A stretch of 64,000 nt of DNA from Sminthopsis crassicaudata (Eukaryota): positions 508,729,675 to 508,793,674 of the forward strand of contig NC_133618.1 in NCBI RefSeq assembly GCF_048593235.1. The letters run 5' to 3'. This document shows, piece by piece, positions 59,093 through 64,000 of the stretch (position 1 is the first letter of the stretch; each line of letters begins with the position of its first letter). The notes below the pieces were generated by a model that saw nothing but the letters and a program-made list of their open reading frames with translations, made no database searches and was not told the DNA's origin. The position numbers and the translations under genes were made by a program.

Positions 59093-59439
59093 TCAACTCA
59101 TTTTGACTGAATGAAAAGGAAGTATAGATGAAAGCTGAAAAAGTAAGATAAAAGGTCATTTGTGAGTTCAGTCTTCCAAGGCTGCATGGGGAGGAACTTA
59201 GAGGATAGCCTAGAAACCGGAGCTACAAATCTGCTCTGACCAAGACCAAAAGACTGATCCACACAAAAGCCAAGGTTTCAGGTGGGTTAAGTATAAAGTC
59301 ACTGATGTCAGGTGCTGTGCTAAGTCCTGGGGATACAAAGAGGCAAAAGATAGTTTCTGCTCTGTGGGAGTTTATAAGCTTGTGAAAGTCTCTTGTCAAC
59401 AATCTTTCCAGTCTTTTCTGTGCCTGTCAAAGAGAGCAT

Positions 59440-59780
59440 AATCTTTTTATATTTTTATTTTATAATTATACTTTGTTTAACATAAAATTCATTTCTCTTC
59501 AACCCTCCAAACCTTCCCCTATTCATTGAGAAGACAAGCAATATATCAGTTAGACATTTAAAGTTATACAAAACATGTTTCCATAATAGCCATGTAGTGA
59601 AAAATAAAGCAAGAAAAACAAAATAAGTGAAAAAAATATACTGCAATCTGTATTCAGAATTTATCAGTTTTTTCTCTGTAAGAGATAACATTTTTCATCA
59701 TGTGTCCCTTGGAATTTTTTTAGATCATTATATTGATTATAGTAGCTATATCTTTCACAGTTGATCATTATAAAATATTG
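59440..59780 (-). mobile_element. Old L1 3'UTR fragment
   Basis: aaaacatgtttccataatagccatg...tactgcaatctgtattcaga pattern shared with 30.7-31.1 kb. Confidence 0.6.
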
Positions 59781-61967
59781 CTGTTATTGTGTACAGTGTA
59801 AGGGGAGGATAATCTTGACAAAGCTGTTCCTACCTCTCAGGTAGTTAAGATCTTAGTTTCTCTGAATAGTGGAGAAGAATTTACAGAGCTTGCAATAGCA
59901 ACAAAAATAGCATTTCTAAACTATGATGAATTATGAAAACAATCTCAGTCCTGGAAAACTCAGAAAATACACACCTTTTCCCTAAAATAGAGGGGTGAGG
60001 AGGGATCGTGGTTAAAGAGTTGTGATGATGCCATCACATGGGACACTTTGCTTGTTGGATCTGCTGAAATTTAGGTTTTTCAGTAACAGATGAGAAGGAA
60101 AGTTTCAGATTAAGGGGAAATAATGGTGGTATAAAAACAAAAAAAAATAATATTCACAAAACTGCCCATAACTACAGCAAAATCTACTACTTATAGGTCT
60201 TTCTAAGTCTCTGTTTCTAGGTAGTGTGGTATAAGTGACTGAGTTAATATTTTCACTGGGTTCCAGAAAGGTAAAGTTCAGAACAGGAAAGCTTCCAGTA
60301 CCCATAGACTATTAGAACTGGAATTAGGGTTTTAGAAATAATCTAATCCAACCAGCCACCATATTTTATAGACAAGGAAACGATGGCCCTGTGAGGTTAC
60401 ATAAGTTGGCCATAGCTCTTAAATCATAGAACTAGGACATGATCCCAGGTCTTCTCTTCTAATATATTGTGCTCTTTAAGAAACCAGCAGAGTAGAAAGG
60501 TTATGTGCTTCTGAAGTCTTTAATTTTTTTCTTTAAGAGAAATTAGACTATATCTGTAAGAAAGCAGACTAGGGGAAATGAATATCTGGACATTAAATTT
60601 TAGTATTAATTGAGCACTGTTCCCATTCTGCTGAAGGGCCAAGCTTAATGACCTGACTTCTTGGGTGACAGGGACCATAAAAAGAAATATTTCATCACTC
60701 TATAGCCAGGCAACAAGAAAAGACAAATGCAATGGAAAATAATTAGAGGAAATGAGTTTGCTGTAAATCAGACCAGAGATAGCTAGGTCAGTGCCTCATT
60801 CATGAGGAAGTTGCCTCGTACAGCTAATTTCCTTATCCGCTATAAATAGTAAGAAGGTTGCTTTCAAAATATGGACTGCCTCCCAGGACCCATAGGACAA
60901 CAGGTTTGGAGAAGAGAAATTAAGTTGGCAAGTATTTATTAATGCACCTACCACATACCCAATGATTGCAATCTTGTTGGGGGGACATTTAAGGTAAACA
61001 GAACAATGTAAAACCTGTTTGTGTGGTATAGATAATATGGAATATAGAGAAATCTGAGACCAATGAGGCTGAAGAAGGCCTCTGCTCAGATCTCACATAA
61101 TGCTTCTTCAATAAATTATGGAAGATTTTGTTTTCTAATCATGTGATTGGGGATATCCCCATTGGACTGAGGATCCTGATCCATGAGATCAGGGATCATG
61201 TTAATATTTATATTCCCCCTTCCCCCCCAACACCTAGCAAAGTGTTCCAGACACAGATGAAGCTGGGACTAATGGGACTAATGGTCACTAGTATAGGAAA
61301 GGATATTTTCTTCCTTTGGGGTGCTGACATCCAAGGACACATACTTCTTCCTCTTGGTTGGTGAGGTTTGCATTGCCGATGGCTTTCTAAGGAGCCTACT
61401 ATGGACCACCTCAGAGAAGAAATCCATCTTGATTGAATGTTGGTACCCTGACAGAAGTACATCCACCCCTCCAAGTCCCAAACCCTCCACTTGGAGAGAC
61501 TGTTTCTATCATGTCCTTCTTCCAGTCCATTTCCTCTCCCTCCACCAAATCAGTATAATTATACCCAACTGAAGCAAATAGCTCCCAAATCACCTGGAAT
61601 GGGGATCACATCACAGGGAATGATCAGCATCAGTGAGGGAATAAATAGCAATATTGATACCACAAAATTTTGTACTGTGCAATCAATTAATCAATAAACA
61701 TGCTAAACAACTTTGTGTCCTTGTGTGTGAGGGTGGCAGGGCGTGGTTATGAAAGTTAAATGAAGAAAATGCATAAAGACACATTACCCATCAAATCACA
61801 GGATGATAAATTAAGAGCTGAGAATTTAAAGGGTCATTTGCTCCAGTAATGCCAAACTCAAATAGAAACTGAGTCCACCATAAGGATCTCTGAAGGCAAA
61901 AATTGACTTAGAAAACCACACACTAACATTTGTGTTTATTTTGGTAAATATTTCCCAATTTTTATCT

Positions 61968-62104
61968 TGCTGCGGCAATTGGGGTTAAGTGACTTGTCTA
62001 GTGTCTCACAGATAGAAGTATTAAGTGTCTGAAACCAGATTTGAACTTTGATCCTCCTGACTTCAGGGCTTCAGGAGATCCACTGTGCCGCCTAGCTGCC
62101 CCCC
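61968..62104 (-). mobile_element. WSINE1-type SINE nested in a hAT MITE
   Basis: Reverse-complement SINE body ending ctagctgcccccc. Confidence 0.85.
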
Positions 62105-62319
62105 AGTTTATTTTTAATCTGTTTTGGTAGCACTTGGGAGTGTTATGGACCCCATGTGATCCCTGATCTAATTGAACCCCTTCATTTTACAGGGTTACAG
62201 GGGTAGTAAATAACAGAACCACAATTTGAAGTTATCTCTTTCCTCATTTCATCTCATGAAAATGCATTAAGACTGTTGCTTGGCTTAATCCATCAGTCCC
62301 TAAGCATGTATTAAGTGTA

Positions 62320-62515
62320 TATTGAGTTTAAATCTGGCTTCTGACCCTTACTAGCTGGCTGATCCTAGGCAAGTAACTTAATTCTGTTTACCTCAGTTTT
62401 CTCATTTGTAAAATGAATCAGTAAAGGAAATGGCAAACCACCCCCCATTATCTCTACCAAGAAAACCCTCAAATGGGGTCACAGAGAGACCAGCACGGCT
62501 GAAACAATGACGTGC
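62320..62515 (+). mobile_element. MAR1-type SINE
   Basis: Core + aaggaaatggcaaaccac...aagaaaaccc...ggggtcac tail. Confidence 0.75.
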
Positions 62516-63493
62516 CAAGCATTGTTGTAGGCTAGGAATTTTTCCTGGGGTTGACAGTCTATGGAGGAGACAACATGTATGTCCACAAAATAGATACAAG
62601 GTGATTTTGTTGGTGGATGCCATCCCTCCCGCCGGGGGGAAGATTGTGAAGGGCTCTGCATAGAGCTGGGTTTCAAAGGAAACAAGGGTTTCCAGGAGCA
62701 GAGGTACAGGAGAGAATTCTTGCTTGGGAAACAGCCAGGGAAAAAAGGATGACGCATCTGGTGTGAAAGATAAGCCAAGCCATAGCGTGGGTGAAGAGAA
62801 GGATAGTGAGCTTGGAAAGGGAGGTTGGAGCTGAGTTCTGGAGGGCTTGAACTGTTGCAAAGGTGATTCTGTTTTATCCAATAAGGACCCACTGGAGCTT
62901 ACTGAAGAGGGAAATGACACAGCCTAGACTGAGCTTTAGGAAACTCACCCTTGCAGTATTCTTGTGGGTCCCTCACGAGACCAGTGCCATTCCTATACCC
63001 AGACCAAGGCTTGTTCTTTCTGAGCTGAACCAGTTCTTGTTCTGAGGGACCCCAAAGGCAGAACTAGTTCAGATAGGCCAGACTAACCAGCCTCCTTCCT
63101 TCTGTCAAAACTCAGCATCCAAGTTCTTCACCCCCAAACCAATGGCTGCCCTCTTCCACCATTCCAAGGCTGAATTTGATTCCTCGTGACAACAAGGGGC
63201 AAGGCCCTCTAGAAGGAATGTGCTGCAGTTGTACAATTTTCTAAAGAAAGAGATCCCTTAAGACTCCCAACTCCTCACACTGCCAGCAAGTTTTTCCTTC
63301 TGTCTACTCCGAATCCTGCCCTCTGTAATTTAAGCATTTTAACATTTTGTTTTATCCTCTAGAATTCTTTACCACTTCCTGTATTACAACCTTTTACACC
63401 CACCTCAGAACAGGGGAAAGGGGAAGAAGAAGAGTATGTGTTCCAGAGAACTAGGGAGGCATTGGAAAGACATGTTAGACTAATTAGTCTTGC

Positions 63494-63502
63494 ATGTGTG
63501 TG

Positions 63503-63550
<48 letters not shown>
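63494..63550. repeat. Compound (TG)n(CA)n microsatellite
   Basis: tgtgtgtgt followed directly by about 23 CA units. Confidence 0.97.
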
Positions 63551-63553
<3 letters not shown>

Positions 63554-64000
63554 ATCTTTGGCTATTGAAATTCCATGACCATTCTTCTTCTTCCTGTCCC
63601 TCTTATCTTCTGACTTCAAATTCTGTACTCACTATCACTGTTCACTAAAAAATTCCCTGTGTTTTTCTCATCCCTGTTCCCAGAGTGCCAAGGGGGCAAG
63701 ATGTTCTCTGAACTCCTCAGGATATTCCATTGCCTTCTGGGGAAACCTTCCCCCAGCTGCTCTTCTCTCTATTCCTGCATTTTGGGTAGTCTAATCACAT
63801 TTCCCCAGCTCTGGGTTAGAGAATTAGATTAGATTTCCTCTAATTCCTTTCCCTAAAGACCTGGATGAGGAATAAAGGATAAGAATAGATAAATAAGAAC
63901 TGGCAAACCGAGAGACATAAAATGGAAGGTATATATGATAGTGCCCAGTGAGAAGAATCAAATATATGATGCCCTGGCCAGACAATTATGTCCCTCATTT

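Noticed and set aside
62402-62920. 172-aa and 137-aa minus-strand ORFs
   Set aside because: They overlap a MAR1 SINE and decayed L2 sequence; composition is not protein-like and no motif is recognisable.
1-64000. tRNA, snRNA, snoRNA, rRNA, CRISPR arrays, endogenous viral elements, NUMTs
   Set aside because: None recognised. The tRNA-like A/B boxes all belong to SINE heads; repeats are dispersed or simple, not repeat-spacer arrays; no long unexplained ORF. An Infernal/Rfam scan and tBLASTn against viral proteins would be the decisive checks.

Overview
Eukaryotic, repeat-rich marsupial genomic DNA. The WSINE1-type and MAR1 SINEs and the L1 3' tails suggest an Australian dasyurid; this is an inference from remembered repeat consensus sequences, not a database search. 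Two tandem + strand genes can be reconstructed exon by exon with canonical GT-AG sites and consistent phases. (1) The 3' half of ENTR1/SDCCAG3: 6 coding exons, 293-6201, then a ~1 kb 3'UTR. (2) A complete SNAPC4/SNAP190: CpG-island promoter ~9.8-10.6 kb, non-coding exon 1, 22 coding exons 13974-51639 (4656 nt, 1551 aa), and a probable non-coding last exon after a 3'UTR intron. In human the next gene on this strand is CARD9, but no CARD9 coding exon is visible before 64000. Most short ORFs in the track are noise from L1/L2/SINE repeats or antisense shadows of exons. I find no convincing new biological system and no RNA gene, CRISPR array, viral insertion or unexplained long ORF. The best second-look items are: two nested L1 insertions that each appear to carry a 3' transduction (17.5-18.7 kb); an inverted SINE pair bracketing three ENTR1 exons that would give a stop-free 315-nt circle; a perfect 5-unit heat-shock element in SNAPC4 intron 2; a SINE with an extra unique tail; and competing splice acceptors in SNAPC4.
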